Shown piece after piece: positions 1-9,869 of a stretch of DNA of 64,000 bases. Origin of the DNA: Solirubrobacteraceae bacterium (GTDB taxonomy: Bacteria; Actinomycetota; Thermoleophilia; Solirubrobacterales; Solirubrobacteraceae); the NCBI GenBank assembly GCA_035499395.1, contig DATJYY010000158.1:4222-68221 (forward strand), given 5' to 3'. How positions within the stretch are numbered: the stretch's first letter is position 1; the number at the start of each line of letters is the position of its first letter. The translations under genes and the position numbers were made by a program. Below the pieces are notes generated by a model. That model was not told where the DNA came from and ran no database searches. It was given only the letters and a program-made list of their open reading frames with translations.

Positions 1-154
1 CCGGCGCGCCAGATGTCAGGTCATGCATGACGGGGGTTCCCCGGGAGGCTCCCAGGCCGCCGGCCCCGCCCGCGGGTTGCCACTTTCCTCCACATGCGGC
101 CACGCCGCGCGTGACTTCCTTCGTTGCGCACGGCGCCGGTCGTATGCTCACGCG

Positions 155-1315
155 GTGGCCACGACCGAGCAGCAGCCCCCGACGGCGATCCTCGAGCAGG
201 CCGGACTGTCCGTCGAACAGCTCTACGACGAGCTGACCGACCGGTGTACGAGACCCGTCAGACTCGAGGACCTCCTCTACGACGCCGCCGAGGAGGTCCC
301 GGGCCTCGTCCCGACGCGTGCCGAGATGGAGCCCGAACGCGCGCGCAAGCTCGCAGACAAGCAGGGGCTCGAGCTGGCCCAGGGACTGCTGCTTGCCGAG
401 ATCCTGGCTATTCCCCGCATCGGCCGGCACCTGGTCGAGTCGATGCTGCACCCCACCCAGCTCGCGCTCGACCATCTCGACGAGCTTCGCAGCGCGGGCG
501 CCATCGACCTGGGCGGCGCCCGGCTCACCCGCCACGGCCGCGCCGGCGTGCTGGAGCTCTGCAACCCGCGTCACCTCAACGCCGAGGACGGCAACACGCT
601 CGGCGAGACCGAGGCCGCCGTGGACCTGGCCCTGCTCGACCCTGACATCGAGGTCGTGGTGTTCCGCGGCGGCGTGGTCGACCATCCGCGCTACGCCGGC
701 CAGCGGCCGTTCGGTGCCGGAATCAACCTCACCCACCTTTACCTCGGGCGGATCGACTTCCTGTTCTACGTGGTCCGCGACATGGGCTATGTCAACAAGA
801 TCTTCCGCGGCGTCGCCGGCGTGGGCGAGAAGCTGTGGATCGCGGCCATCGAGCAGTTCGCGATCGGTGGCGCGTGCCAGCTCACGCACGTGATGGATCA
901 CGTGATCGCCGTCCGCGGCGTGCGCCTGTACCTGCCGGCACGCAAGGAGGGCATCATCCCCGGCGCCTCAAATCTGCGGCTGCCGAGGTTCGTCGGCGAC
1001 CGCGCCGCCCGTCAGGCGATCCTTTCGGGCCGCGAGTGGACCGCCGGCGAACCCGATGCGGACCTCATCTGCGACGAGGTCGTCGAGGCCGACGAGATCG
1101 AGGCGGCGATCGACAACCGCGTGCGAGCGCTGACCAGCTCCGGGCTGGTGAACGCCTCCGCCAACCGCGCCGCGATGCGAGAGGGAGAGGAGCCGCTTGA
1201 CCTGTTCCGCAATTACATGGCCACCTACGCCCGCGAGCAGGCCTACTGTCACCTGAGTCCCGCGCTCGTCCGCAACCTCGAGCAGCATTGGAATGCTCAC
1301 CGACGCACCCTCTGA
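155..1315 (+). CDS. dpgC: DpgC-like crotonase-fold enzyme (3,5-dihydroxyphenylacetyl-CoA oxygenase family)
   Basis: Motifs LNAED...ETEAAVDLALLDP, RGGVVDHPRY...AGINL, FAIGGACQL, LPARKEGIIPGASNLRL and LVRNLE match DpgC. Start set at GTG 155, 6 nt after TATGCT (leaderless geometry). Confidence 0.8.
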   Translation: MATTEQQPPTAILEQAGLSVEQLYDELTDRCTRPVRLEDLLYDAAEEVPGLVPTRAEMEPERARKLADKQGLELAQGLLLAEILAIPRIGRHLVESMLHPTQLALDHLDELRSAGAIDLGGARLTRHGRAGVLELCNPRHLNAEDGNTLGETEAAVDLALLDPDIEVVVFRGGVVDHPRYAGQRPFGAGINLTHLYLGRIDFLFYVVRDMGYVNKIFRGVAGVGEKLWIAAIEQFAIGGACQLTHVMDHVIAVRGVRLYLPARKEGIIPGASNLRLPRFVGDRAARQAILSGREWTAGEPDADLICDEVVEADEIEAAIDNRVRALTSSGLVNASANRAAMREGEEPLDLFRNYMATYAREQAYCHLSPALVRNLEQHWNAHRRTL

Positions 1316-2606
1316 CCCTGCGATCTGGGACGGCGCGGCAGAGACGATGCCGCGCGAGCAGCTCGCGTCCCTCCAGCTCGAGCGCCTGCGCGAGACGGTC
1401 GCACGCGTCCTCAACGGACAGCCGCTCGGCGCCGGACGCCTGGCGGACGCGGGAATAAGCGGTGCCGACGACATCACGACACTCGACGACCTGCCGAACC
1501 TCCCGTTCGCCCACAAGAACGATTTGCGCGAGCACTATCCGTTCGGTCTGCTCGCGGTCCCGCGAGCGGAGATCGTTCGCGTCCAGGCGTCGAGCGGCAG
1601 TCACGGAAGGCCGACCGTCGTCGGCTACACGCGCGACGACCTGGAGATCTGGACCGAGCTGATGGCGCGCTCGATGACGATGGCGGGCGTCCGCCCGGGG
1701 ATGTTGATCCACAACGCGAACGGCTACGGCTTGTTCACGGGCGGGCTCGGCTTTCACCAGGGCGGCGAGCGGATCGGCGCCACCGTGGTTCCCGTATCGG
1801 GCGGCCAAACCGCGCGCCAGGCGATGCTGCTCAAGGATTTCGGCGCCCAGGTGCTGGTCGCCACTCCGTCGTACTCGCTCGTGATCGCGCAGGCACTCGA
1901 AGATGCCGGGATCGCCCCGGAGGACAACACGCTCGAGCTCGGGCTGTTCGGCGGCGAGCCCTGGACCGAGGGCCTCAGAGCCAAGATCGACAGTGCACTC
2001 GGGATCAAGGCGATCAATTTCTACGGACTTTCAGAGATGTGCGGGCCGGGCGTGGCGAGCGAGTGCCTGACCGCGCGCGACGGGCTCCACGTTCAGGAGG
2101 ACCACTTCCTGGTCGAGGTGGTGGACCCCGCGGACGGCACTCCGCTCCCGCCGAACACCGACGGTGAGCTCGTGTTCACGACGCTGACCAAGGAGGCGCT
2201 CCCGCTGATCCGCTACCGCACCGGCGACCTCGGTGCGCTGGCGATCGAACCGTGCGCATGCGGACGGACGACCGCGCGGCTGATCCGGCTGGGCGGGCGG
2301 CTCGACGACATGCTGATCATCCGCGGGGTCAACCTGTACCCGTCGCACATCGAGCAGATCATGCTGAGTGCCGACGGAGTGGGGCCGCACTACCGGCTGA
2401 TCCTCGAGCGTCCCGGCCCGATGGACGAGCTGACGCTCGAGTGCGAGCCGAGCGCGCTCGACGGCGACCGCGATCGTCTGCGGCAAACGCTCGAAAAAAA
2501 TCTAAAAGAAGGCACCGGCGTCCGGATCACCGTCTCTGTGGTCGATCCCGGGACCGTGCCCCGCAGCGAGGGCAAGGCGGTCCGGGTCGTCGACCGGCGT
2601 CAGTGA
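1293..2606 (+). CDS. paaK: Phenylacetate-CoA ligase family protein
   Basis: DLREHYPFG, ASSGSHGRPTVVGYT, YGLFTGGLGFHQG, YGLSEMCGPGV, YRTGD, C-terminal GKAVRVVDRR. Confidence 0.88.
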   Translation: MLTDAPSDPAIWDGAAETMPREQLASLQLERLRETVARVLNGQPLGAGRLADAGISGADDITTLDDLPNLPFAHKNDLREHYPFGLLAVPRAEIVRVQASSGSHGRPTVVGYTRDDLEIWTELMARSMTMAGVRPGMLIHNANGYGLFTGGLGFHQGGERIGATVVPVSGGQTARQAMLLKDFGAQVLVATPSYSLVIAQALEDAGIAPEDNTLELGLFGGEPWTEGLRAKIDSALGIKAINFYGLSEMCGPGVASECLTARDGLHVQEDHFLVEVVDPADGTPLPPNTDGELVFTTLTKEALPLIRYRTGDLGALAIEPCACGRTTARLIRLGGRLDDMLIIRGVNLYPSHIEQIMLSADGVGPHYRLILERPGPMDELTLECEPSALDGDRDRLRQTLEKNLKEGTGVRITVSVVDPGTVPRSEGKAVRVVDRRQ

Positions 2607-3571
2607 GCGCGGTTCTGGAGCGCCCCGTGGCGGACGTCGCTCGGCGTCACGCCGAACGCACGCTTGAATACCCGCGAGAAGTGCGCGGCGTCGCAGAAGC
2701 CCCACCGGAACGCGATGTCGGTCACCGACCCGCCGTTCGGTCGCTGCAGGTCCTCCAGGCACCTGGCCAGCCGCTCTGAGCGCACGAGCCCCGCGACTGA
2801 CGCGTCGACGTCCTCGAACAGCGCGTGCAGTGCGCGCACCGAGATCGAATAGGCGCGCGCGATCGACGCCGGCCCGAGTTCCGGATCCTGGAGGTGCGTC
2901 CTCGCGTACCGCCGGATCTCCGCCCGCATCGCCTCGCGCGCGGCGGCGCGGCTGGTGGGCACGGACGGCTCGACCGCCGCGCGCAACAACTCGAGCGCGG
3001 CGTTGGCGGCGGCGAACGCGGCAGCGGCCTCGAGCTTGGGCTGCTCGAGCGCGAGCGCGTTCATGTAGCGGACCAGCAGCCGCGCCGGCCCGTTGTCCTC
3101 GAGCGGCGGGAGCGCCCGCAGCTCGGCCAAACGCGGGCATACCGCGAGCACACGGTCGCGCGGGAAGATAAGCGTCCGCTTGTGGAACGCCTCGACGATC
3201 TCGACGTCGGTCGGCTGTTGCCCGTCCCAGAGCACCACGTTCCCGGGCGACAGTGCGAGCCCGCGGGCGCCCTCCCGGACCGTCTCGACCCCCTTGCACA
3301 CGAACTGGAAGCCGAGGATGTCCTCGTGCTTGGCCTCGGGGCTCATCACCGCGCGACTTCGGTGGCCGAGGAACGGCGAGGCGGCGCAGTCGACGAGCAT
3401 CAGGTCGCCGATTCGGCGCCGGGTCACGGTGCCGTGGAAGTCACGGGGCGTATGGTCGGTGGCGTGCACCTCGAACGCAAGGTGGGTCGCGGCCAGAATC
3501 TCCGACCACGAGTCGAGCCGGTGCTTGAGGTCTCCTCCGGCGACGCGCCAGCGTTCCGCTTCCTGCGCCAC
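2600..3571 (-). CDS. AraC-family transcriptional regulator (FeaR-like N-terminal domain)
   Basis: C-terminal HTH SVTDIAFRWGFCDAAHFSRVFKRAFGVTPSD. GTG 3571 lies 6 nt after TACCAT. Confidence 0.88.
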   Translation of the reverse strand: MAQEAERWRVAGGDLKHRLDSWSEILAATHLAFEVHATDHTPRDFHGTVTRRRIGDLMLVDCAASPFLGHRSRAVMSPEAKHEDILGFQFVCKGVETVREGARGLALSPGNVVLWDGQQPTDVEIVEAFHKRTLIFPRDRVLAVCPRLAELRALPPLEDNGPARLLVRYMNALALEQPKLEAAAAFAAANAALELLRAAVEPSVPTSRAAAREAMRAEIRRYARTHLQDPELGPASIARAYSISVRALHALFEDVDASVAGLVRSERLARCLEDLQRPNGGSVTDIAFRWGFCDAAHFSRVFKRAFGVTPSDVRHGALQNRAH

Positions 3572-3584
3572 GGTTCGATGGTAC

Positions 3585-5540
3585 CTACGCCGACGAGCGC
3601 TCGGCGGCGAGCGCCAGGAACGCGTCGAGCGCCGCCGGGTCCAGCAGCGAGTCGCGGCTCGCGACCCGCTCGGACGACTCACCTCGCAGGATCCGCTTGA
3701 CCGGCGCCTCGAGCTTCTTGCCGGTGAGGGTTCGCGGGATCGCGGGGACCGAGACGATCTTGTCGGGCACGTGTCGCGGGGACAGTTCGCTGCGGAGCGC
3801 CTTCGCGATCTTGTTGCGCAGATCGTCGTCGAGCGACGCGTCGGCTGCCGGGACGACGAACAGTAGGAGCTCGCCGGCGCCGCCGCCGGCATCCTCGAGA
3901 TGTACGACGAGCGCGTCGATGACCTCGGGGACGTCCTCGACCACGGAGTAGAACTCGCCTGTACCGAGGCGCACGCCGCCGCGGTTCAGCGTCGCGTCGG
4001 ACCGGCCGGTGATGATGCAGCTGCCGCGCTCGGTGAACTTGATCCAGTCGCCCTGGCGCCACACGCCCGGGTAGACGTCGAAGTACGACGATCGGTACCG
4101 CTCACCGGTTTCGTCTCCCCAGAACGCCACCGGCATCGACGGCATCGGCTGTGTAATCACGAACTCGCCGAGCTCGCCGATCACCTCGTTGCCGTCGGGA
4201 TCGAACGCGTGCGCGTCGACGGCCAGGCACGGCCCGGTGATCTCGCCCTCGTACACCGGCTGGGCGAACGTCCCCGACACGAGCCCGGTGCACACGTCGG
4301 TTCCACCCGAGCCGTTGTTCAGCAGCATGTCGGGGCCGAGCTGCTCGTACGCGTACAGGTAGCCCTCCGGCGGGAGCGGCGATCCCGCGGTGCACAGCAT
4401 GCGGATGCTGGAGAGATCGCACTCGCGGCCGGGCTGGAGCCCCGCCTTGCGGCACGCCATCAGGTACGCGGGGGCGACGCCCATCACCGACGGCTTCAGC
4501 TCCTCGGCTAGGCGCCACTGCTCGAGCAGGTCGGGCCACGCGGGATCGCCGTCGAGCATCACGATCGACGAGCGGAGCTGCAGCCCGGCGACTAGCGCGT
4601 TCCACATCATCCACGCCGTCGTCGAGAACCACAGCAGCCGGCCACCCGGCTTGAGGTCCCAGCCCAGCCCGAGGTTCTTTCGGTGCTCGATCAGCTGGCC
4701 GCCGTGGCCATGCACGATCGGCTTCGGCAGCCCGGTGGTGCCCGAGGAGAACAGGACGTAGATCGGGTGGTCGAACGGGACCAGCTCGAACTCGAGCGGC
4801 GCGCTCTCCGCGGTCAGGTCGTCCCACGAGGTCGAGTTCGGGATCCGCGCCTCCCCGAACGGAACCCACACGACGTGCTCGATCGAACCGATCCGGCCGC
4901 GGATCGTCTCGACCTCGGCGCGGCGGTCGACGTACCGGTCGCGAAACCCGTAGCCGCCGACGGCCATCAGCACCTTCGGCTCGATCTGCGCGAATCGGTC
5001 GACGACGCTGCGGGCGCCGAACTCGGGCGCGCACGTGGCCCAGATCGCTCCGAGGCTGGCGGTCGCGATGAACGCGATCAGCGTCTCGGGGATGTTCGGC
5101 ATATACGCGACCACCCGGTCGCCCTTCCTCACGCCGAGCCGCTGGAGCCCGGCCCGGACGCGGCCGGCCTGCTCGATCAGCTCGCCGAACGTGAGCTCGC
5201 GCGGTCCGCGGGTCTGCGAGCGCGCCACCACCGCGACGCGATCGCGGTCCTCCTCGAGACCGACCAGATGCTCGGCGTAGTTCAGCCGTGCGCCCGTGAA
5301 CCACTCGGCGCCCGGCATCGTCCGCTTGCCGAGCACGCGCTCGTACGGGGTGGCCCGGACGCCGTAGAAGTCCCACAGCGCGCCCCAGAATCCTTCGAGG
5401 TCGCTGACCGACCAGCGCCGGAGCGCCTCGAACTCAGCGAACTCGAGGCGGCGCTCGTCGCGCAGCCAGTTCACGAACCGGCCGATCTCCGTCGTGTCCC
5501 GCCAGTCCGCGGGTGGCGTCCACAGGATGTCCCCGACCAT
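3585..5540 (-). CDS. Acetoacetate-CoA ligase
   Basis: WFTGARLNYAE, YVLFSSGTTGLPKPIVHGHGG, TTAWMMWN, SGGTDVC, GRSDATLNRGGVRLGTGE, TLTGKKLE. Confidence 0.9.
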   Translation of the reverse strand: MVGDILWTPPADWRDTTEIGRFVNWLRDERRLEFAEFEALRRWSVSDLEGFWGALWDFYGVRATPYERVLGKRTMPGAEWFTGARLNYAEHLVGLEEDRDRVAVVARSQTRGPRELTFGELIEQAGRVRAGLQRLGVRKGDRVVAYMPNIPETLIAFIATASLGAIWATCAPEFGARSVVDRFAQIEPKVLMAVGGYGFRDRYVDRRAEVETIRGRIGSIEHVVWVPFGEARIPNSTSWDDLTAESAPLEFELVPFDHPIYVLFSSGTTGLPKPIVHGHGGQLIEHRKNLGLGWDLKPGGRLLWFSTTAWMMWNALVAGLQLRSSIVMLDGDPAWPDLLEQWRLAEELKPSVMGVAPAYLMACRKAGLQPGRECDLSSIRMLCTAGSPLPPEGYLYAYEQLGPDMLLNNGSGGTDVCTGLVSGTFAQPVYEGEITGPCLAVDAHAFDPDGNEVIGELGEFVITQPMPSMPVAFWGDETGERYRSSYFDVYPGVWRQGDWIKFTERGSCIITGRSDATLNRGGVRLGTGEFYSVVEDVPEVIDALVVHLEDAGGGAGELLLFVVPAADASLDDDLRNKIAKALRSELSPRHVPDKIVSVPAIPRTLTGKKLEAPVKRILRGESSERVASRDSLLDPAALDAFLALAAERSSA

Positions 5541-5700
5541 GGGCAGGGCAGGATACTGCGCGTCGTCGGGCCCACCGCCATGCACGGAGCTACATCTGCG
5601 CCGGCAGTCAAGTACATACGGCGGGGGCGGGATCTGAACAGGCGGTGAATGTGCCATCGCGCCGGTCGATTCGGCGCGCTCACGCTGCGACAATCCGTGC

Positions 5701-6399
5701 ATGGATGACCATGTCCGGGGCTCGGTGCTCGTGGTCGACGACGAGCCGACGATCGCGGAGGTCGTCGCCCGCTATCTGAACCGGGCGGGATACGCGACCC
5801 GCGTCGCCGCCAACGGGCGCGAGGCGCTCGACGCCGCCGCGAGCGATCGGCCCGATCTCGTCGTGCTCGACCTGATGCTCCCCGGGATCGACGGGCTCGA
5901 AGTCATGCGCCGGCTACGCGACCAGGACCGCGACCGGGTCGCGGTGATCCTGCTGACCGCCAAGGGCGAGGAATCCGATCGGGTGATCGGACTGCGCCTC
6001 GGCGCCGACGATTACGTGGTCAAGCCGTTCTCGCCGGCGGAGCTCGTCGCGCGCGTCGACGCGGTGCTCAGGCGATTCGACACCTCGAAGACCCAGGAGG
6101 CGCCGATCGAGCTCAGCGACATGACGATTGACCCCACCGGGAGGCAGGTGTTCGTCCTGGGCGAGGAGGTCCAGCTGACCCATCGCGAGTTCGACGTGCT
6201 CCTGTACCTTGCCCGCCACCCCGGTCAGGCGTTCTCGCGCAACCAGCTGATGGACGCGGTCTGGCAGTACTCGTTCTACACCGACACCTCGACCGTCACG
6301 GTCCACATCCGCCGGCTTCGGTCGAAGATCGAGGCCGATCCGGCGCAGCCCAAGCACATCCAGACCGTGTGGGGCGTCGGCTACCGGTTCCAGCCGTGA
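5701..6399 (+). CDS. OmpR-family response regulator
   Basis: Receiver VVDDE/LDLMLP/KPF and winged helix TVTVHIRRLRSKIE...TVWGVGYRF. Confidence 0.95.
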   Translation: MDDHVRGSVLVVDDEPTIAEVVARYLNRAGYATRVAANGREALDAAASDRPDLVVLDLMLPGIDGLEVMRRLRDQDRDRVAVILLTAKGEESDRVIGLRLGADDYVVKPFSPAELVARVDAVLRRFDTSKTQEAPIELSDMTIDPTGRQVFVLGEEVQLTHREFDVLLYLARHPGQAFSRNQLMDAVWQYSFYTDTSTVTVHIRRLRSKIEADPAQPKHIQTVWGVGYRFQP

Positions 6400-7469
6400 C
6401 CGTCAGCAAGATCGCCGACTGGGCCCGGGTCCGCGCCGGATCGCTGCCGTGGCAGTTCGCGCTGGTGGTCGCGATCGTGGTGGCGCCCGTGCTGGTGGCG
6501 CTCGTCGTGGTGTGGTCGCTGATGGTCGTCTCCGACCGCGAGGCCGCGCTCGCGGCCGTGATCCTCGCGGTCGCCGGCCTTGCCGCGATCGGCTCGGCTC
6601 GGCTCGTCGCCGGCGGCATCCTGCGCGACGTTCAGTCGATCCGCGACGGGCTGCTCGCGGTCGGGCGAGGGAAGCGCGAGGTCCGGATCGAGACCTCTGC
6701 CCATGACGAGCTCGCCCAGCTCGCGACCGCCGCGAACGTGATGATCGCTCAGCTTCGCGACGAGGAAGCCGCCCGGGACCAATCCGACGCCGCCCGGCGG
6801 GACCTGATCGCGGCCGTATCGCACGACCTGCGCACGCCGATCACATCCTTGCGGCTGCTCGCGGACGCGATCGGCGACGACATCTTCGAGGACCCGGAGA
6901 CGCGCCGCGGATACCTGCGCCGGATGACGACTCACATCGACGCTCTAAGCGTGCTGATCGACGACCTGTTCGAGCTCTCGCGACTCGAGGCCGGGGACAT
7001 CAGCTGGTCGATCGAGCAAGTGCCGCTGCAAGAGCTGGTCGGCGAGACGGTCGAGGCGATGCGGGTCCAGGCGGAGGTCAAGGGGGTGGCCGTGCTGGCG
7101 GACGTTTCCCCCGCGTTGTGCCCGGCGCGGGCCAACCCCGAGAAGCTCCAGCGCGTCCTGTTCAACCTGATCCAGAACGCGATCCGGCACACGCCGGCGG
7201 ATGGCAGCGTGGTCGTGCGCGCCGAGCCGGTCGCGACCGGGATCGAGTTCGAGGTCGCCGACACCGGCGACGGGATCCGGGCCGACGAGCGCGAGCACGT
7301 GTTCACGGCGTTCTACCGCGGGGGCACGGACGCGGCGCGCACGAATCCCGGCGCCGGCCTCGGGCTGGCGGTGTCGCGCGCGATCGTCGAGGCTCACGGC
7401 GGCCGCATCTGGCTCGCCGAGGCGCCGGTCGGTACCCGCGTGCGCTTCAGCCTGCCGGCCGCCACGTAG
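6396..7469 (+). CDS. HAMP-domain sensor histidine kinase
   Basis: Two TM segments, SHDLRTP H-box, NLIQNAIRH, DTGDGI, GAGLGL; GTGA overlap with the regulator. Confidence 0.93.
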   Translation: MTVSKIADWARVRAGSLPWQFALVVAIVVAPVLVALVVVWSLMVVSDREAALAAVILAVAGLAAIGSARLVAGGILRDVQSIRDGLLAVGRGKREVRIETSAHDELAQLATAANVMIAQLRDEEAARDQSDAARRDLIAAVSHDLRTPITSLRLLADAIGDDIFEDPETRRGYLRRMTTHIDALSVLIDDLFELSRLEAGDISWSIEQVPLQELVGETVEAMRVQAEVKGVAVLADVSPALCPARANPEKLQRVLFNLIQNAIRHTPADGSVVVRAEPVATGIEFEVADTGDGIRADEREHVFTAFYRGGTDAARTNPGAGLGLAVSRAIVEAHGGRIWLAEAPVGTRVRFSLPAAT

Positions 7470-7488
7470 CGGGGCGCGCCAGCAGCCG

Positions 7489-7514
7489 GGAAGGACTCGG
7501 GTCAGCGCGGAGTC
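7489..7514 (+). promoter_or_regulatory. Putative ECF sigma promoter GGAAG-N17-AGTC (autoregulatory)
   Basis: GGAAG 7489-7493, 17-nt spacer, AGTC 7511-7514, upstream of the ECF sigma gene. The same geometry occurs at three other loci. Confidence 0.55.
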
Positions 7515-7564
7515 ATTAGGCCCCGAGGGCTTACCCACACATGCCTCCCTACCGCAGCTGAGCC

Positions 7565-8134
7565 GTGACGATCGTCGCCGATCACGCCCTCCCCGGGGCG
7601 GCCGGAGCGTCGGCGCCCGCCCGTCGCCTCGATCCCAACCATCTCGGCGACCATCTCGACCGCCTGTACCGCGCGGCCTGGGCGCTGTGCGGCTCCCGCG
7701 AGGACGCCGAGGACCTCGTCCAGGACACGTACGCGCGTGTGCTCCAGAAGCCGCGCATGCTCCGATCCGGCGAGGACCTCGGATACCTGTTGCGCGTGCT
7801 CCGCAACACGCACTTCTCGCGTCTCCGCGCCGCCTCGCGGCGGCCGCGACCCGACCCGCTGCCCGATGAGCTCGACCGGATCGAGGATCCGTCGGCCAGC
7901 GCTCCCGAGGCCGCGCTCGACGCGTCCGAGCTGTACGCGCGGATCGCTGAGCTTCCGGACCCGTTCCGCGAGGCGCTGGTCGCGATCGACGTCGTCGGGC
8001 TCTCCTACCGCGAGGCGGCCCGCGCGCTGCGCGTGCGCGAGGCGACCGTCACCACGCGGCTGTACCGCGCCCGGCAGCGGCTCTCGCGCTCGCTCGCCGA
8101 CGAACGCTCCGCGCCCGCGGGCACGTCCGGTTAG
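7565..8134 (+). CDS. ECF RNA polymerase sigma factor
   Basis: Region 2 DAEDLVQDTY; region 4 GLSYREAARAL...TVTTRLYRARQRL. Confidence 0.92.
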   Translation: MTIVADHALPGAAGASAPARRLDPNHLGDHLDRLYRAAWALCGSREDAEDLVQDTYARVLQKPRMLRSGEDLGYLLRVLRNTHFSRLRAASRRPRPDPLPDELDRIEDPSASAPEAALDASELYARIAELPDPFREALVAIDVVGLSYREAARALRVREATVTTRLYRARQRLSRSLADERSAPAGTSG

Positions 8135-8140
8135 GCGCCG

Positions 8141-8908
8141 ATGCGCAAACCCGGACTACACCCTCGCGCCACCGACCGCGATCTCGCCCGCCTCGCCGAC
8201 GGGACGCTCGAGCCCGGGCGGCGCGAGCTCGTGCTGCGATCCGTCGCCGGCTCGGGTGAGCTCCAGTTGCGCATGCGCGAGCAACGCCGTGCGGTGGACG
8301 CGGTCCGCGCCCACACGGGCGAGCGGGCGCCGCTGACGCTGCGACTGCGCAGGCGCGCGCTCGGGTCGACCCCGGCGCGGAGCCGCTCGGGCACGCTCGT
8401 CCTCGCGCTGGCCGGCGCGGTCGGGGCGGTCGTCTGGTCGCTCGTCGCCCTCGGCGGCGGCCACGGCGCGTTGACGGTTGCCGACACGGCGACGATCGCG
8501 GTTCGTCCCGCGATCGTGACAGTCCCCGAGCCGCGCGACGGCAGCGCGACCCTTCCCCATCTCCACGCCGCGGGCCTGCCGTTTCCGTACTGGGAGGACC
8601 GGTTCGGCTGGAAGGCCGTGGGCGTCCGCAGCGACGTCGTCGACGGCCGCTCGCTGACCACCGTCTTCTATCGGAGGGACGGCCGGCAAATCGCGTACAC
8701 GATCGTGCCCGGCACCCGGTTGCGCGCCGCTCGCGGCGCCGAGACCATCGCGCGCAGCGGGGTCGTCCTTCACGCGTCGACCGACGACCGCCGGCTGATC
8801 GTCACGTGGCTGCGACGCGGCCACACGTGCGTGCTCTCGGGCACCGACGTTCCGCTCGGCGCGCTCACGGCGCTCGCCGTGTGGCGGAGCCACGGCGCTC
8901 TTCCGTAG
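8141..8908 (+). CDS. Putative membrane anti-sigma factor
   Basis: Directly follows the ECF sigma; N-terminal LARLADGTL motif, one TM helix, extracytoplasmic domain. Confidence 0.65.
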   Translation: MRKPGLHPRATDRDLARLADGTLEPGRRELVLRSVAGSGELQLRMREQRRAVDAVRAHTGERAPLTLRLRRRALGSTPARSRSGTLVLALAGAVGAVVWSLVALGGGHGALTVADTATIAVRPAIVTVPEPRDGSATLPHLHAAGLPFPYWEDRFGWKAVGVRSDVVDGRSLTTVFYRRDGRQIAYTIVPGTRLRAARGAETIARSGVVLHASTDDRRLIVTWLRRGHTCVLSGTDVPLGALTALAVWRSHGALP

Positions 8909-8931
8909 GGCCCGCGGTTCGGCCGCCCGCG

Positions 8932-9855
8932 CTACGGCACCAGGACGATCTTGCCGCGCGTGTGCCGCTGCTCGAGCTCTCGATACGCGTCGCGGACATC
9001 CTCGAGCGGATACACCTTCGCGATCGGCACCTCGAGCCGGCCCTCGTCGATCAGCTGCGCCAGCTCGGCGAGCACGCCGGCGGTTGCGGCGGCCGCCGTT
9101 CCCTCCATCTTGACGCCGTACTGCTGCGCGGCGGCCCAGTCGATGATCGTGTCGACCCGGTCGGGCGCGACGCCCAGGTCGTCGACTGCGAGCGCGACGT
9201 AGCCCGAGCCGAACGTGTCGATGAACGCGTCGACATGCCCGTCGGACACTTCGCGGATCCGGCCCGCGACGCCGTCGCCGTAGGCGACGGGGATCACGCC
9301 GTGCTCGAGCAACCACTGGTGGTTGGTCTCGCCGGCGAGCCCGATCACGGTGGCGCCGGCGAGGACGGCCAGCTGTACGGCAAGCGAGCCGACACCTCCG
9401 GCCGCCCCGGACACGACCACGGTGTCCCCCGACGACGCCCGGACCGCGCGCACGGCCGCGTACGCGGTCGTGCCGGCGACGAACAGCGCGCCGGCCGCCT
9501 CCCACGAGACGCCCGCAGGCTTGCGTGTCAGATGCTCGGCGGGCACGACCACGAGCTCGGCGTGACTCGCCCGCTCATCCGTCCATCCGATGACCGGTTC
9601 GTCGACCTCGAGCCCCGCGACCCCGGGGCCGATCTCTTCGACGATCCCGGCCAGATCGCTCCCCTCGCCCGACGGGAAGGTCGCGGGCCACCGCTCGTGC
9701 ATGAGCCCGTTCCGGATCGACGCCTCCCCGGGATTGATCCCGGCCGCCTTGAGCCTGACGAGCACCTCTCCCGGGCCCGGCGCCGGGCGCTCCACGTCGA
9801 CCACGTTCAGGACGTCGACGTCGCCATAGTGGTCGAACCGGACCGCGCGGGCCAT
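8932..9855 (-). CDS. NADP-dependent oxidoreductase (MDR/quinone reductase-like)
   Basis: VLVRLKAAGINP, GSDLAGIV, SGAAGGVGSLAVQLA, HTRGKIVL. Confidence 0.9.
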   Translation of the reverse strand: MARAVRFDHYGDVDVLNVVDVERPAPGPGEVLVRLKAAGINPGEASIRNGLMHERWPATFPSGEGSDLAGIVEEIGPGVAGLEVDEPVIGWTDERASHAELVVVPAEHLTRKPAGVSWEAAGALFVAGTTAYAAVRAVRASSGDTVVVSGAAGGVGSLAVQLAVLAGATVIGLAGETNHQWLLEHGVIPVAYGDGVAGRIREVSDGHVDAFIDTFGSGYVALAVDDLGVAPDRVDTIIDWAAAQQYGVKMEGTAAAATAGVLAELAQLIDEGRLEVPIAKVYPLEDVRDAYRELEQRHTRGKIVLVP

Positions 9856-9869
9856 CTCGCGCAGTTCTA

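Noticed and set aside
1-31. Palindrome GTCATGCATGAC and a possible minus-strand gene start at 28
   Set aside because: Too little sequence at the window edge to support a call
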